Shown here: positions 1 through 14,241 of the stretch, piece after piece | Layout of the letters: each line of letters starts with the position of its first letter | Numbering within the stretch: position 1 is the stretch's first letter | Assembly: GCF_009914755.1 (NCBI RefSeq) | Contig: NC_060925.1 | Reading direction: 5' to 3' (one strand) | Source of the DNA: the human T2T-CHM13v2.0 reference genome, Homo sapiens | Length of the DNA: 64,000 bases | Program-made: the position numbers and the translations under genes | The notes under the pieces: generated by a model | Database searches by the model: none | Seen by the model: the letters and a program-made list of their open reading frames with translations, nothing else | Told to the model about the DNA's origin: nothing

Positions 1-764
1 ATAATCATCAACACATGAGGACTGCCTGTGTCCCAATGAGAGCCACCATATGTAAACAGCATCATATTAGGGTTACCTCATCTGCATATCCCCAAGAACT
101 CTACAGCTGTTGGATGAGGGTAGCAGAGCCAGCATGTACACAAATTATATCTAATATTCTAATTTGCATACATTCAATCATAGCAAAGGTGTGAGCAGTA
201 AAACCCCTAGGGGAACCAATCACAGTACGGAGTTCCCCATTGCAGAATGTGAGGATCCTGAGCTTTCTTAGCTCCCATTGCAGGGTGTCACTGACCCTCC
301 TCCTTTCTAATGTTCCAGCCAGTTCCCAGACAGAGATTTGGAACTTGATTTGACAAGAACAGTCATGTTGCATCTAATCTGCAGTGACAATTTAGCAGCA
401 GACAGGACAGTGACAGCATTCATATCTGCAAGGCAGCTAGTAGACAAGTGGAGGCATCTAGAAGTTAGTTTGACATCTAGATGAAATTATTCTAACTTCA
501 GAACTTTAGAATATGGAGACCCTTTACCTCCACCCCAAAAGAATACGTTCATGTGTGTAGTGGCATTAGTAAGTAAGAAAATTTAATCAAGAGAAGTTCA
601 AAACTTTTATGTTAGATCCTCCTTTGCTATGTTGAATCACTCTATAATAAATATGAATAACTGAAAAAAGTTGTCTCTGGTTGGGTTCTGCTGATTACAT
701 CAAAGACAGCAGATGAATATAATATAGTTCATAAATCTTCGACCCCTAGTAGCTTTGACAGATT

Positions 765-910
765 GATTCATTTACCAAGTCATCCATCCATCCTTCCTTT
801 TCTTCAACAAATGTTTACTGAGCCCCTCTTATATTCCAGACATGGTTCTAGACCTTGGTGACATACTAGTGTTCATGGTCAAATGAGTACAGAGAAGTAA
901 ACAATGACAA
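765..910 (-). mobile_element. L2 LINE 3' end relic
   Basis: TTCAACAAATGTTTACTGAGC...CCAGACATGGTTCTAGAC resembles the reverse complement of the L2 3' terminus; boundaries approximate. Confidence 0.6.
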
Positions 911-1097
911 GGATAGAGATAAGTACTGGCTGTTATGAGAACACACATGGGGCCACCTTGGAGGAAAGCCCACGTACACCAAACACAACTTTGGTACTAT
1001 TTCCCTATTTGTTCCAATGACTCTGTGTTTTCCAGAACTTCTTCTACCCCTGCTTCTATGTCTTGCAATGTCCCAGTGTCTATCGTTTTTGAATTGA

Positions 1098-1738
<641 letters not shown>

Positions 1739-2344
1739 TGACTTCCAATGCTTCTATGCAGAGTTTTCCCCATTCTCTGGAAATTCTCATTTTAGGAACC
1801 TTACTTCTGTTCCCTGGGAACCCCAGTCCCATCCCTTTAAGCAATATGAAACACCCTGTCTGTGGATCAAATTCCAGGGAGACTTCTGGGCAAAAATTCT
1901 TTTGCCCCATGACCTGATATCTTTGGTCATGCCTCCTGGAGGCACAAGTCCCCACCACAGGGCCGCCTACCACATGTATCTGATGGCTGAAATTAAGGGC
2001 AGCAGGGCAGAAAGCGGATCTGCTGACACCACAGTTAGACAAGCTTGCACCAAGGCTGTAAAACACCCTTGGCAGAGCACACCAGTAAGTTGTCCTACTA
2101 ATTAGTTTATTATTTCATTTGAGAGATCAAATACATAAATAAAATTAATAAACCCTGCAAAATACGTGCAGCACTGGAAATAAAAGTACTTCTCAGGTCA
2201 TTGCCTTAAACACAGATATTACATGCTAGAATAATGTTAACGCAAGGAAAGCAAATCATGCTGCCTTATAGGCCGGAACGTACCAGGAGCAGCTGGGGTT
2301 TGTGGAGTGGTTGACAAGCTTTGGGATAGGTCAGGAAACATGAA

Positions 2345-2450
2345 TGGTGTTCTCTACTCTGTCATTACTTGCTATGTGACCTTGAACAAGTCACTTTCCT
2401 CCCCTTCCCTGACCAGTGTGCTCATTTACTCATGAGTAAAATAAGGAGTT
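2345..2450 (+). mobile_element. MIR fragment
   Basis: MIR core TTACTTGCTATGTGACCTTGAACAAGTCACTT. Confidence 0.7.
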
Positions 2451-2520
2451 TTGACTATTACTGAGGTTTCCCCCAGCTAGGAATTTCATGGCTATAAAAA
2501 TCAAATGAAAAAAAGATGGG

Positions 2521-2808
2521 GGCTGGGTGTGGTGGCTCACATCTGTAATCCCCAGCACTTTGGGAGGCTGAGGTGGGCAGATGGCTTGAGGTCAGGAGTT
2601 CAAGACCAGCCTGACCAACATGGTGAAACCCCATCTCTACTAAAAATACAAAAATTAGCCAGGCTTGGTGGCACACCCCTGTAATCCCAGCTACTCAGGA
2701 GGCTGAGGCACAATAATCGCTTGAATCTGGGTGGCAGAGGTTGCAGTCAGCAGAGATCACCCTACTGCTCTTCAGCCTGGTCAACAGAGCAAGGCTCTCT
2801 CTCAAAAA

Positions 2809-2850
<42 letters not shown>
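2521..2850 (+). mobile_element. AluS (Sx/Sz-like) with (TAAA)n tail
   Basis: GGCTGGGTGTGGTGGCTCAC start, both arms, central A-rich linker, (AAAT)n tail at about 2806-2850. Confidence 0.95.
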
Positions 2851-2851
<1 letters not shown>

Positions 2852-4079
2852 GATGAAAAGATAGATACTGATAATTATAAGCTTAGTTAATAAAGAACAC
2901 ATAATAAAAATGAAATAAAATCTGAGAATGCATTACAATATTCCAGTATGGATTTAAGAACTTGGAAAGATATTAGATAATATCTAACCCAATACTCAGC
3001 AAATAAAATGAAGGGAAAAGGAGACTGAGTTTGCATTCATGGAGAGCCTCCTATATTCTAAGAACTATGCTAAGGACTTTCTTGTATTAACCCCAATAAA
3101 TAAGCTCACAGAGCAAATAAATCATGACCAAATCCACACAGAGAACAGCAAAAGTAGGTTTTCTACTCTTAGTCAAAGGCTCTTCCACCAAGCTGTGTCT
3201 GATCAGCCGGCCTCTTCTTGGGGCCCCAGGCACAGGTTGCTCTCAGCCACCACTAGCACTTACGGAACTCTTGAGAGATACCAAGGGTAGTGGGCCCTGT
3301 GTTGTAAACCTTTTGTATACCATTCACACAAGTACAGATGGCAAAAGGAGTAGTGCAGGCAAGATGGAGAGATCAGCCTAGGTGATTGCTCCCAGGTGCC
3401 TAAAGACATGCTGCGTGACAGATTCTCCCTTTACACTGAAACACTCACTCTGCTGAGGCTGGGAGGGCTGCCCTCTGACAGCTTGCAGCTGAGAACTTGC
3501 TCCCCTAATGTCCTTGGCTGAGGAGCACCTCCTCTCCCAGGAGAACAGCCACTTTGCTGGGGCCACCCAGTATTCAATGACTGACAGCAAAGGGGGAGGA
3601 TATAAAATCTTGGCCTCCTTGCTTCAATTTGGCACAACTCTGCAGGTCATCTCAGCTTCAGAGCTTCCCACGGAATTGATTGAGGCCTTTACTGTGACTG
3701 CATCACTGTTTAGCTTCCCACTCTGACTGGCCCTGACACCCTTACTCCCTAGGAAACTTTCCACATGCAAACGTGTCTCAAAGCGGGCTTCCTGGGAAAG
3801 TGAATTTGCAATGATGTGAAACCTTGAAAAAGTAAGATACAAACGAATAATTCAACTCAAGTAAAGAAATAGAAAACAATGGTGCATTTGTAGAGACTAA
3901 GAAACTTGCAAACAAATCTTATTCCTTGTGATGAGACTTCTGGCCTTGGATAGTCTGGGGGAAAAAAAAAAGGTACTAGTGAAGAAATTTTCTCACTCTG
4001 TCTAAAACTGCCCCCTGCTAGAGAAGATTGAGTTCTAAAGGCTCAGTTAAGGCAGGGAGGCAGATTGTTACAGTGCAGG

Positions 4080-4242
4080 CACTGTAGTGTAGTGGAAAGG
4101 ATAGGAGCTGTGGCTCCAGATGGAGCTGCAGTCATAGGTTGGCTCTTTCTGTGTAATCTTGACTATTATACTGAACCTCACCAGCCTCGGTGTCCTTAAC
4201 TATAAAATGGGGATGATTCCTAACTTGCATGACTATTGTGAC
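4080..4242 (+). mobile_element. MIR
   Basis: GTAGTGTAGTGGAAAG start; CTGAACCTC...CCTCGGTGTCCTTAACTATAAAATGGGGATGAT core. Confidence 0.7.
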
Positions 4243-4396
4243 ACTCGGTTACCTTCTTGACACCAGAATCTTTCTCTAGAATTATTCCCAGAGATAAATG
4301 CTGCAACTTTACAGGATAATGATTTCACCAAAGGGGTCTTTGAATCTCTCTTGTGCAGCCCTTAGCTTGTCTTGGAAGTCACTAGAAGATAGTGTA

Positions 4397-4719
4397 CAGT
4401 TGTCCCTTGGTATCTGCAGGGCACTGGTTCCAGGAACCCCCCATACCAAAATCCATGGATGCTGAAGTCCCTTATATAAAATGGAGTATTACTTACATAT
4501 AACCTACACACATCCTCCCATACACTTTAAATAATCTGTAGATTACTTATAATATTAATACCTAATACAATATAAATCCTATGTAAATAGTTATGTTGTA
4601 TTTTAAAATTTGTATTTTTATTGTTGTATTGTTATTTTTATTTTTTTAAAAAACATATTTTTGATTCGTGGTTGGTGGGACCTGCAGTTAGTAGAACTGG
4701 TGGATGTGGAGGGCTGATG
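4397..4719 (+). mobile_element. MER2-family (TcMar-Tigger) MITE
   Basis: TA-CAGTTGTCCCTTGGTATCTG...TTCCAGGA...ATACCAAAATCCATGGATGCT...GGAGGGCTGA; degenerate terminal inverted repeats. Confidence 0.88.
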
Positions 4720-4998
4720 CAGTGGGCTTCTGATGGAGGGTAATAATGAAAGGAATGGTCCTAGTGAGTTTTGGCCTCAGGAATAAAAGGAATGTTGGGA
4801 CTTGAGGGTGACCGTAAAGATAAAATATCCTGAGGTCTGGAGATCCAGCTTCTCAATTGCCATAGCCCAGGAACTAAACGCCAAGAAGACAATCAGAGAT
4901 TCCTGGCTGCTCAGGGTTTGCTATTAAGTTCTCTCCCCTTCCTCCACTTTTTTTGGGTAAAGAAAAATAGCTCTATTAGCTACAAAAGCTCTGTCTAG

Positions 4999-5438
<440 letters not shown>

Positions 5439-5826
5439 TAGCATTAGGCCAGACCTGGGCAAAAAATGAGATAGCTTCTTAAGGAGGTGATGCTTGAGCT
5501 GAATCTCATCTAGGCTCTTAGATGAGAAAGAGATTAGTATAGTCCAGATAGGCAAGGGAATAGTGCGGGTCAGATGGAGAGACCAGCTCAAGTGCTTGCC
5601 TCCAGCAGTCAAAGGACATGGTATGTGGACAGATCACCTATGGGAAATGCAATAATAGCTGGGGGAAAATCATTTGATATTCATTCTGACTACTGACATT
5701 CCAAATTCTTTCTGTTTTTCCTCTACCAATATTTTAGCATCATTCTGCAATTTGGACTACCATGTTTGATACTGAATTCAACCCACCTAAGCATTTGAAG
5801 AAAATTTCACTTTCTCTTAAAGGTGG

Positions 5827-6208
5827 TGTATTAGTGCATTCTCACATTGCTATAAAGAACTATCTGAGACTGGGTAATTTATAAAGAAAAGAGGTTTAAT
5901 TGACTCACAGTTCCACAGGCTGTACAGGAAGCATGGTTAGGGAAGCTTCAGAAAACTTGCAATCATGACTGAAGGCGAAGGAGAAGCAGCCATTCTTATA
6001 TGGCCAGAGAAGAAGGAAGAGAGAGAAGGGGGAGGTGCCACACACTTTCAAATAACCAGATCTCAGGCAAACTCACTCACAATCATGAGAACAGTGAGGG
6101 GGAAGTCCACCCCATGATCCAATCACCTCCTACCAGGCCCCTCCTCCAACATTGGAGATTACAATTTGACGTGAGATTTTGGCGGGGACACAAACCCAAA
6201 CCACATCA
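5827..6208 (-). mobile_element. MSTA-like MaLR solo LTR
   Basis: TGTATTAGT...CAAACCACATCA termini; perfect 5-bp TSD GGTGG at 5822-5826 and 6209-6213. Confidence 0.92.
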
Positions 6209-6824
6209 GGTGGGTACATAGAAGCTTAGAAGGAAGAAGGAATTTGTCCAAAGTTATACATTAGTAAAAGGTTAAGATGGGAGTCAAAGGATTTCTGGCC
6301 TCAGATCATCACTTTTTCTATCGAGCATTGGTAACCTGAACAGGTATGACTTGATGTTTCTTGTGTCTCACTGCACTGTACAATACTTTACTTTGTTAAT
6401 TACAAATTTTAAATTGTCTGCGGTAATGAGAGTTGAACATCTTTCCCTCCCAATATTTTCTTATTTTTTTTTTTAAAAACCACAACCCATTGCTCAATGT
6501 TGAATAATAGGCATATTAAGATATATCTCAGGCTTAATAATCACCACTGGGGTTAATTTATATTATTTTATAGTATGCATGTGACGGATCCTTATTAATA
6601 TTACATTCTTCTGGTTGGGATGAAATGAACAATTTTAAAATGGCCTAATTAAAATAAACAGGAACTGAGAGAGACCAAAGGCTGTAACTAGAACTTGTGT
6701 TCAGTTCTCTAAAATCAATTGTAATGTAAATGCAAATGCAAGCGAAAGTTGATAGAATAGCATGTGTAGGACCAAAACTCATGCTGAAGTCTTAGGGTTT
6801 ATAAGCAGGCAACATGGAGGTAAA

Positions 6825-7020
6825 AACTGAGCTCTTTTGGAATGAAACAGATCTCAGTTCTGCAACTTCACTGCTGTGTGACCTAGGACAAACCCTCAAC
6901 TGTTCTGAAGCTGTTTCCTCTTCCACTAAATGAGGCTGTTCTTGAATTAAATGGGGGAAAAAAAAGGATGTTGGCAAGGGTTTGGTACATGTAAGCATTT
7001 GGTAGATATATTATTAGTTC
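6825..7020 (+). mobile_element. MIR
   Basis: CACTGCTGTGTGACCTAGGACAA...CTGTTTCCTC...TAAATGAGG core. Confidence 0.65.
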
Positions 7021-7299
7021 TCTGAGCCACTGCCTCCACATCTTTACTGGATCTGGAAAATACCACTTTGTGAGACCAAAGACCAACTTGATGTAGACAA
7101 AGCAAATAAGGGATTTTTCAAACTCAATTTCCTCTAGTACATTTAGGAATAAAGATATATTAATATATTCAAGTAACTCTTAGATTTGTAAATTGTGAGA
7201 TATCTGCTCTGGAAATTTGAATGCTTGGCACATTGCATATTTATTTATCTTTCTTTTCCAATACATGTATAGCTAGGTAAATTGCTCCTTTTAAATTAT

Positions 7300-8678
7300 T
7301 TCAAGTATTATGTAAACAGTTACAACTTTATGTCAACATAAACCCAATGCCATAAACTTAAGAAATAGGTTTGAAGGACAATTTGATAATATGTAATAAA
7401 AACATTAAAATTTGCTTAAGCCTACTTTTAGGGAACTTCATCCTAAGGAAATAATTTAATAATTATGGATGTGTCCAAAGATTCACCATAAAGCTATCTA
7501 TACATCCTTATTACAGTAAATGTTAGAAATAAAGAGATTCAGTAACAGTGGTCTGGATAAATAAATTTGTATCTATAATATAAAGCCATTAAGTGATAAT
7601 AAAGAACATTTAATGCCATTAGAATGTTTTCTTAACATTTTAAGCAGAAAAAAATAGGACAGTAGAATGCATAATGATGAGCCTACTTTTGTAAAAAGTA
7701 CTTAAGTATGTAAGAAAAAGATGAAAGAAAATACATCAAATGTTGTGAACAGTTACCACTGAATACTAAGAATGGGACAATTTTATTTTCTTCTTTTTGC
7801 TTATTTGTAATTTCTAAAATTTCTACCATATTTATTATTACTTTAGAGGATACTAACCTTCTAAAATTTAAATTAAAACCTACGCCATAAACAATATGAA
7901 AACCCAAACATCATTCTGAAAAAGCATATTTGTATAAAAATATTTGACAAATGCAATGCTTCTTCTATAAAAAGTTAAGTAAATTGACAAGAATAATATT
8001 TTGATACCTCAATATAAATGAATAAAAGATATAAATAAAACACTTAATACAATGAATAAACAAGCCTGTGGAAGTAGTCAAGTTTGGAAGCAACCAAATA
8101 CATGAAAATTAACAAAATTTGGTGGCTTTTTAAAACCTATTAAGTTAGCATAGTTTAAATAAAAAGGGACAACTACTTAATAGTGCTAGTAGGGAGATAA
8201 GTATGCTTTTGCTACATTATAGGTAGAAGTTTAAAGTGGTACAATATTTTTATGAAATACATAAGCAATGTGTATCAACAGCCCTAAATAAGTATTTGCA
8301 ACTGTTGACTGACTAAATAATTTTACTTTTGGGAAATTGTGAATAGAGCAATCTCTAAATACAGAATCCATATTGTGAACAAAAATGTTCAGTGTAAGAT
8401 TATTTATGACAGGATAATTGGAAACAACTTAAATGCCTATTTGTAGGGGAGATAGTGACATTTTCATTTCAGAATGGTATGTAGCTATTACAGCAGTATT
8501 TAAGGATGCTTTATAGTTAAATAAAATGTATGTGGTATTTTAAGTGAAAAAGCATGATGAATATGTGTGTACACTCAAACACACCCACACATATACATAC
8601 ACATATTCACAAATAAATACATGTGTTGTTTTTGGGTTACAGGATTGGTTTTTTTTTTCTTCCCTTTTTTTTTAATTA

Positions 8679-8717
<39 letters not shown>

Positions 8718-8780
8718 ATGTGCATGTGTGTGTTTTTCAAATTTCCTTTAATGAGTACAGGTTAGTTTTTCAATGTTGAA
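7300..8780 (+). mobile_element. Ancient L1M (L1ME/MC-like) 3' fragments
   Basis: Very AT-rich; degenerate L1 3' motifs (TTTAGGGAACTTCATCCTAAGGAAATAAT; ATTGGAAACAACTTAAATGCC; AGTGAAAAAAGCA); probably two fragments. Confidence 0.6.
8681..8713. repeat. (TG)n microsatellite
   Basis: About 16 uninterrupted TG units. Confidence 0.97.
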
Positions 8781-9364
8781 AACTCCCTTTATGAAATAAA
8801 AATAGACAACTTTTTGATATTCTTCTGCCCTTAGGAAAGTCTAGAGGAGCTAGCATTTAACATAGAGATAGCTAAAGGAATATTTGCCCATTTAACTGTC
8901 TAAGTTAAAAAAGTTGCTAGAGGAAAAACAAAGCAATAGAAGTTAGAGGAAGTTTCCAATCAATTTAAAGTCTGGTAAGTATCTTAAATCAATTTTATGA
9001 GGAGCACATTCAGCTGTAGAAAACCATGCAAGGAAATAAGAAGATAAATGATATTTCTTTATCTTTTAAATGTGTGCTTAGGGAAAAAAGGACGAGGGTG
9101 ACCATAATGAACAGAAAAGACATTAGAATAGAATATCAAAGCAGGCACACATAATACAATTCATTAATGTTCTTCCCTCAACTAATTTAGATTTTTACAA
9201 CAAATTGGGGCCAAATGGATGGGGCCAACAGAGTTGGAACTGGCCATGGAGCTTCCTAGGAAATAGACTTTGGCTTGGATGCTTGTTTCCTGAGCAACAA
9301 AAGGTGAGAGAGATATGCAGGTGGGTCAGTGGTACTTAGAAAATGTTTGTGCAACCAGTAGTCA

Positions 9365-10415
9365 CTAATTCAATCTCTTCATGTCAGAAAATTGCAACTG
9401 CATTCTACAGGTTACTCAGGCCAAAAAATTTTGAATCATGTTTGACTGTTTCTTTTTTGATTTAAATCTCACTTCTAATCAATCAGTATTGGCTCCACCT
9501 TGAAAACACATTCATAGTCCAACCACTTCTCACCATTTCTCATGCTGTGACTCTATTCTCAACTACCATCATCTTTCACCTTGATTATTGCAATAGCGTG
9601 CTTAGCAGTTTCCTGCAACTTATCATTCTCCTTCAGCATATTCTCAACAATGCAGCTAGGGTAATTTTTAATTAAAAGGAGGGAGAGGGAGAGGGAGAGG
9701 GAGGGGGAAGGGGAGAGGGAAGGGGAGGGGGAGAGAGAGAGGGAGAGGGAGAGGGCTTATGCCATTGTTTTCCATCATGGCTAGAAAACGCCTACCTTGA
9801 TCCAGTTTCTGGCTACCTCCCTAACTTCATGTCCCACCATCCTTCTCCTTGCTCAATATGCTCTTCCTACTACTTGCTCCCTTACTGTTCCTACAACATA
9901 CTAGGTACTCTTCTAGACACTCTTCCTGCCTTAGAGTTTTTGCATTGGGTATTCCATCTAATCACAAACAAATTCTTCCAGATAGTGTGTGGCTTGCTCC
10001 CTCACTGTGTTGAAATCTTTGCTAAAATGATCTTCATTATTGGAGGATCTTCCCTGATTACCTTATGAAAGATTGCAGCCCACATTTCCAGCAGTTTTGC
10101 ATAGCTTCAACAAATGTATTCAGACCACAGTCAATGTCAATTGTGTCCACTGGAGTTGGGCAGTGTGCAGACTGAGTTGACAGACACAGTAGCCCTGTCT
10201 GTCACCATCTCTCCTCCTGTGTTCTTCTTTTTCAGAGTGCTTAATAATACCTGACATATTTTTTAGTTAATTATTTGTTTATTGTTTCTCTCATCCCATC
10301 CCTACTATAATGAAACCTTCAGCAGAGCAGTCATTTTCTATGTTTTGTGTACTGCCATGTCTCCAGAGACCACACCTGTCTTGTCATAGATACTTAGTAA
10401 ATATTTACTGAGAAA
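9365..10415 (+). mobile_element. L2a-like LINE 3' region, fragmented
   Basis: CCAACCACTTCTCACCATTTCT...TTCACCTTGATTATTGCAATAGC and terminal TACTTAGTAAATATTTACTGA. Confidence 0.7.
9675..9755. repeat. GA-rich (GGGAGA)n-like low-complexity tract
   Basis: About 80 nt of pure purine sequence with repeated GGG runs. Confidence 0.92.
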
Positions 10416-10440
10416 ATGTAGGAATGACCACAGCAGAGTA

Positions 10441-11139
10441 GTGCTATCCTGTATAGTAGCCACTAGCTACATACGATTTTTGGGCATTGAAATATGGCTA
10501 GTGTGCATGGAATACTATATAGCCATAAAAAAGAATGAGATCATGTCCTTTGCAAGGACATGGATGAAGCTGGAAACCATCATTCTCAGTAAACTAACAC
10601 AGGAACAGAAAACTAAACGCTGCATATCCTCACTCATAAGTGAGAATTGAACAATGAGAACACATGGACACGGGGAGGGTAACAACACACACTGGGGCCT
10701 GTCAGGGGTTGGAGAGCAAGGGGAGGGAGAGCATTAGGACAAATACCTCATGCATGTGGGGCTTAAAACCTAGATGATGAGTTGACAGGTGCAGCAAACC
10801 ACCATGTCACATGTATACCTACACGTTCTGCACATGTATCCCAGAACTTAAAGTAAAATTTAAAAAAAAATTTTTAAAAAGAAATATGGCTAGTGTGGCT
10901 GAGGAACTGAATTTTTTACTTTTAATTTTAATTAAAATTAAAATTTGAAAGTGGAATTAGCGTTCAATATTGTGTCACTAAACTCAGCTTTATGGTTTTT
11001 ACAGAACTACATTTCACTTTAACCACTACATTTTATAAGATATTATTTAAATTAATGTACTTTTTACTTTTTTAATGTGATACTAAAAAATTTAAGATTA
11101 CATATGTGGCTTGCATTATACTTCTATTGAACAGCACTG
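10441..11139 (-). mobile_element. hAT-Charlie1 family element (MER3/MER33-like), split by an L1PA insertion
   Basis: GTAGCCACTAGCTACAT...GAAATATGGCTAGTGTG|GCTGAGGAACTGAATTTT and end ATGTGGCTTGCATTATACTTCTATTGAACAGCACTG. Confidence 0.8.
10506..10880 (+). mobile_element. L1PA (PA7-10-like) 5'-truncated 3' end
   Basis: L1 3'UTR (GCATTAGGACAAATACC...AAAACCTAGATGATG), A-tail, perfect 17-bp TSD GAAATATGGCTAGTGTG at 10489-10505 and 10881-10897. Confidence 0.95.
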
Positions 11140-13129
11140 TTCTAGTTCCTTCAGCTGTAAAGGACAGTAGTGGTACCTACCTTAGAGGTAAAGCACCTGG
11201 CATAACAAATGCTCAGTAAATGTTAGTCATCATTGTGTCATTGTTACTATTATGAAATATAGGACACTATAGGTACCTATATAAGAGGGCAATCCTTATC
11301 TATGATTTGAAGGAAGGCATAATTTCGAAATGTGTTTGAGCTACATTCTGAAATAATTTTATGAATAAGTAAATCTTAAGTGGGGGAGTGAGCAGGAAAT
11401 ATGGTGGCCAAAGCATTCCCCAACCAAAGGACAGCACCACAACCTAAACAGTTGTACTGACCCCAAAGCCTGTTCTGTGAAACATCATATAACATTGCCT
11501 CTTAACAAACTTGAATCAAATGAAATAAAAGTTAAGACAAAAGGACACTCTCTAGATCCTAAAAAGAGTGCATTTAACCTTGAGATAAGCAACTTTAAAA
11601 TTTGATTTGATCTAGTACTTCTCAAACTCCATGTCTGAAGATCCGATCCCTGAAGAGTTTTTGGACTTATTATTTGGGGTGTGAGAACTCTATTATAATC
11701 TTATATTTTATGTGTTTTATTATGATCTTAAACATTTACATATGCATATTCTAAGTTATATGGACAGACACATTATAAATAGCTCCCTTTTTATAAATGG
11801 GCAAAGCTGTGAGATTTCCATGCGAGCTTTTGTGATTATGTTTATGATTGCATTGCTTCTGTTAATTACCTAGGTGACTGAATCTTTAATTCCGTGTTCC
11901 TTACACCCGATCCTGGGGACCACAGGAGGTACCTGAAAGGTGCACAGAATTTTATTCTATATTTTTACTTTTAAAGTAACTGATGCACAGGACTTAGCCA
12001 ATTCAATCTTGTCTCACTAGAAAAAGTGCTGAGAAAGAAAGATGAGACAGGAAGAGAGAGTTTTTTTACTGACGGAATCCAATACAATTTTAGTCAAATG
12101 CTTTGAATTGCTCCAAAAAACACACACTTCATTCTGTAAACTGATATTACACCTAAGTATTATTATGATTTTTCCTCACTACTATAAGAATGTATACATT
12201 CAGGCTGTCAAAAATATATTTTACATGATAACTTGCCATTTGGAAAATATTCCTTACAGGACTCTGGGCATCATCAAATTATCTGGACATGGCCCCCCTG
12301 CCCGCCATGAAAATTGTTCTTAACTTACTGCTGCACCTGGAGGGACCATTCTAATTGGCCTCGCAATGTATCCGAGGGTTAAATTAATTTATGTGAACCT
12401 CACAGCAGGACAGCTGCCCAGCACTGTATACTAGCAGCTGTCTGACGCAATAAACCAAGAATCAGATTTTCTTGCAGCAGAAATAAATTTTTAATAACAT
12501 CCCCCATTTCCACAGAGGCAAAATACAAGATATGATTTCTGTATGCCATGATTGTGATAGAAGCCTCCTTGGAGGAAGGGTGTCACTTTCTAAGTCAAGG
12601 CCCTGTCCTACCACATTATTTAAGCATAACATGACATGGAAATATATTTAATAGGATTTGGCTACAGGCAAGAAGTCTGAAAAACAGTACAGGGATTTGA
12701 AGAATCTGCTGTTGAGTTATGCATGGAATTCAGGATTTACTAGAACTGAAATCTTTAAGACAATCTTTGCTTCATAACAAATAAAACAAAAAATTTCTTC
12801 TCAAATATAACGATATTGGTACATTCATTATGATAATAGCCATCATATTCCTAGGGCCATGGAAAAGATAAAAGGGTATCTGTATATTTATTTCACAGTT
12901 CAGCTCCACTGAAATTATTTTTATTCAGCACATACGCAAAAGCTGGCACTTCATTAGACTCTTTGCAATTATCTATTTATTAATAATAGAGAGGTGCAGC
13001 ACTACTTATTGTGGGTGTTACATATCTATAATTTTGCAATAATGTTGTTAGGTAGATATCATCCTCTCACCAAATTTGTTTCATGTGCTTGGAACACAAT
13101 GTGGTGGGGGATCATCTTGCATTATTCAG

Positions 13130-13338
13130 AAAAGAGCGACCTGCAAGGATGGAGAAGCAATAAGGCACAGAAGCCCCAATCACTGCAAACTCCTATGGAG
13201 CAGAGCCACCATCTCAGCCCTGATCAATTACCCTAGGACGATTGTGTGAGGTAGAGAAATGTGCTCTACCTTGTTCAAGCTACTGTTGTTTGATGTCTCT
13301 TTTTATATGTGGGTCAATTATCTATAATTCAACTAATA
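13130..13338 (+). mobile_element. Old MLT1 (J/K-like) LTR fragment
   Basis: GGAGCAGAGCCACCATCTCAGCCCTG...CTTGTTCAAGCTACTGTTGTTTG...AACTAATA resembles the MLT1 3' end. Confidence 0.6.
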
Positions 13339-13662
13339 AAAATCCCATACAAAACTGCAATCTTTGTGACTTCAAAAAGAGGGAAATTCTTATTTTCAGG
13401 CAAAGAAAATGGATATCAGTGGTAATGCTGGCTAACTGTTGGAAAGATGAAGAAAAGGTAGAACAACATAAAATCCTATTGCCTAATTATCATAAGATCT
13501 AAGAGACTATAAACTATACTCAGGTAGCCAGTGAATACAAGGAAGAATGGTGCTAGCCATTGAATCCTGAACCTGTTGCATAATGTAAAAGGTAGGTTGA
13601 ACATGAAGAAATACTTTCAGGGAGAAGACATTTCCAAACACCTAATAGGCACAAAGCAAACA

Positions 13663-13999
13663 GAGTTGTCCCTTGGGATCCATGGGGGATTTGTTCCAGG
13701 ATCTCCCATGGATACCAAAACCCACAGTGTTCATGTCCCTTACATAAAATGGCATAGTATTTGCATGTAACCTACAGGCATCCTCCCATATATTTTAAAT
13801 CATCTCTAGATCATTTATAATACCTAATACAATGCCTACATGTCACTTCATTCACATGGATTCAACATAGTACTCAGCACATGACAAATTCAAGTTTTGC
13901 TTTTTGGAAATTTGTGGAATTTTTTTTCCCCTGAATAGCTTCAATCCATAGTTGCTTAAATCCACAGATGTGGAATCCACAGATACAGAGGGCTGACTG
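13663..13999 (+). mobile_element. MER2B-like (Tigger) MITE
   Basis: GTTGTCCCTTGGGATCCATGGGGGATTTGTTCCAGGA...ATCCACAGATACAGAGGGCTGACTG termini. Confidence 0.88.
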
Positions 14000-14065
14000 T
14001 GTTTATAAAATTTGGTCAACATTTTGACCTTTTAATCAAAATGAGTTTCATATTTGTTATTTGGA

Positions 14066-14241
14066 GAAGTGATCAGCACATTTTTCCTTAATAAAGGGTC
14101 AAATAATAAATATTTTACGCTTTTTGGCATAGGGGAAAATCAAGTATGTAGTTACTTGTATAACCATGTAAAATGCAACCATTAAAAAATGGTCAAATCT
14201 GCCTGCTAGATTTGATCTGCAGGCCATTTGTCGATTCCCAA
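14066..14241. mobile_element. MER58-like hAT-Charlie MITE
   Basis: TAAAGGGTCAAATAATAAATATTTTACGCTTT...CTAGATTTGATCTGCAGGCC. Confidence 0.65.

Noticed and set aside
3280-3850. GC-richer unique region with TATAAAA at about 3601 and several short overlapping ORFs
   Set aside because: No CpG island, no coherent exon structure and no recognisable protein; one TATA-like word is expected by chance
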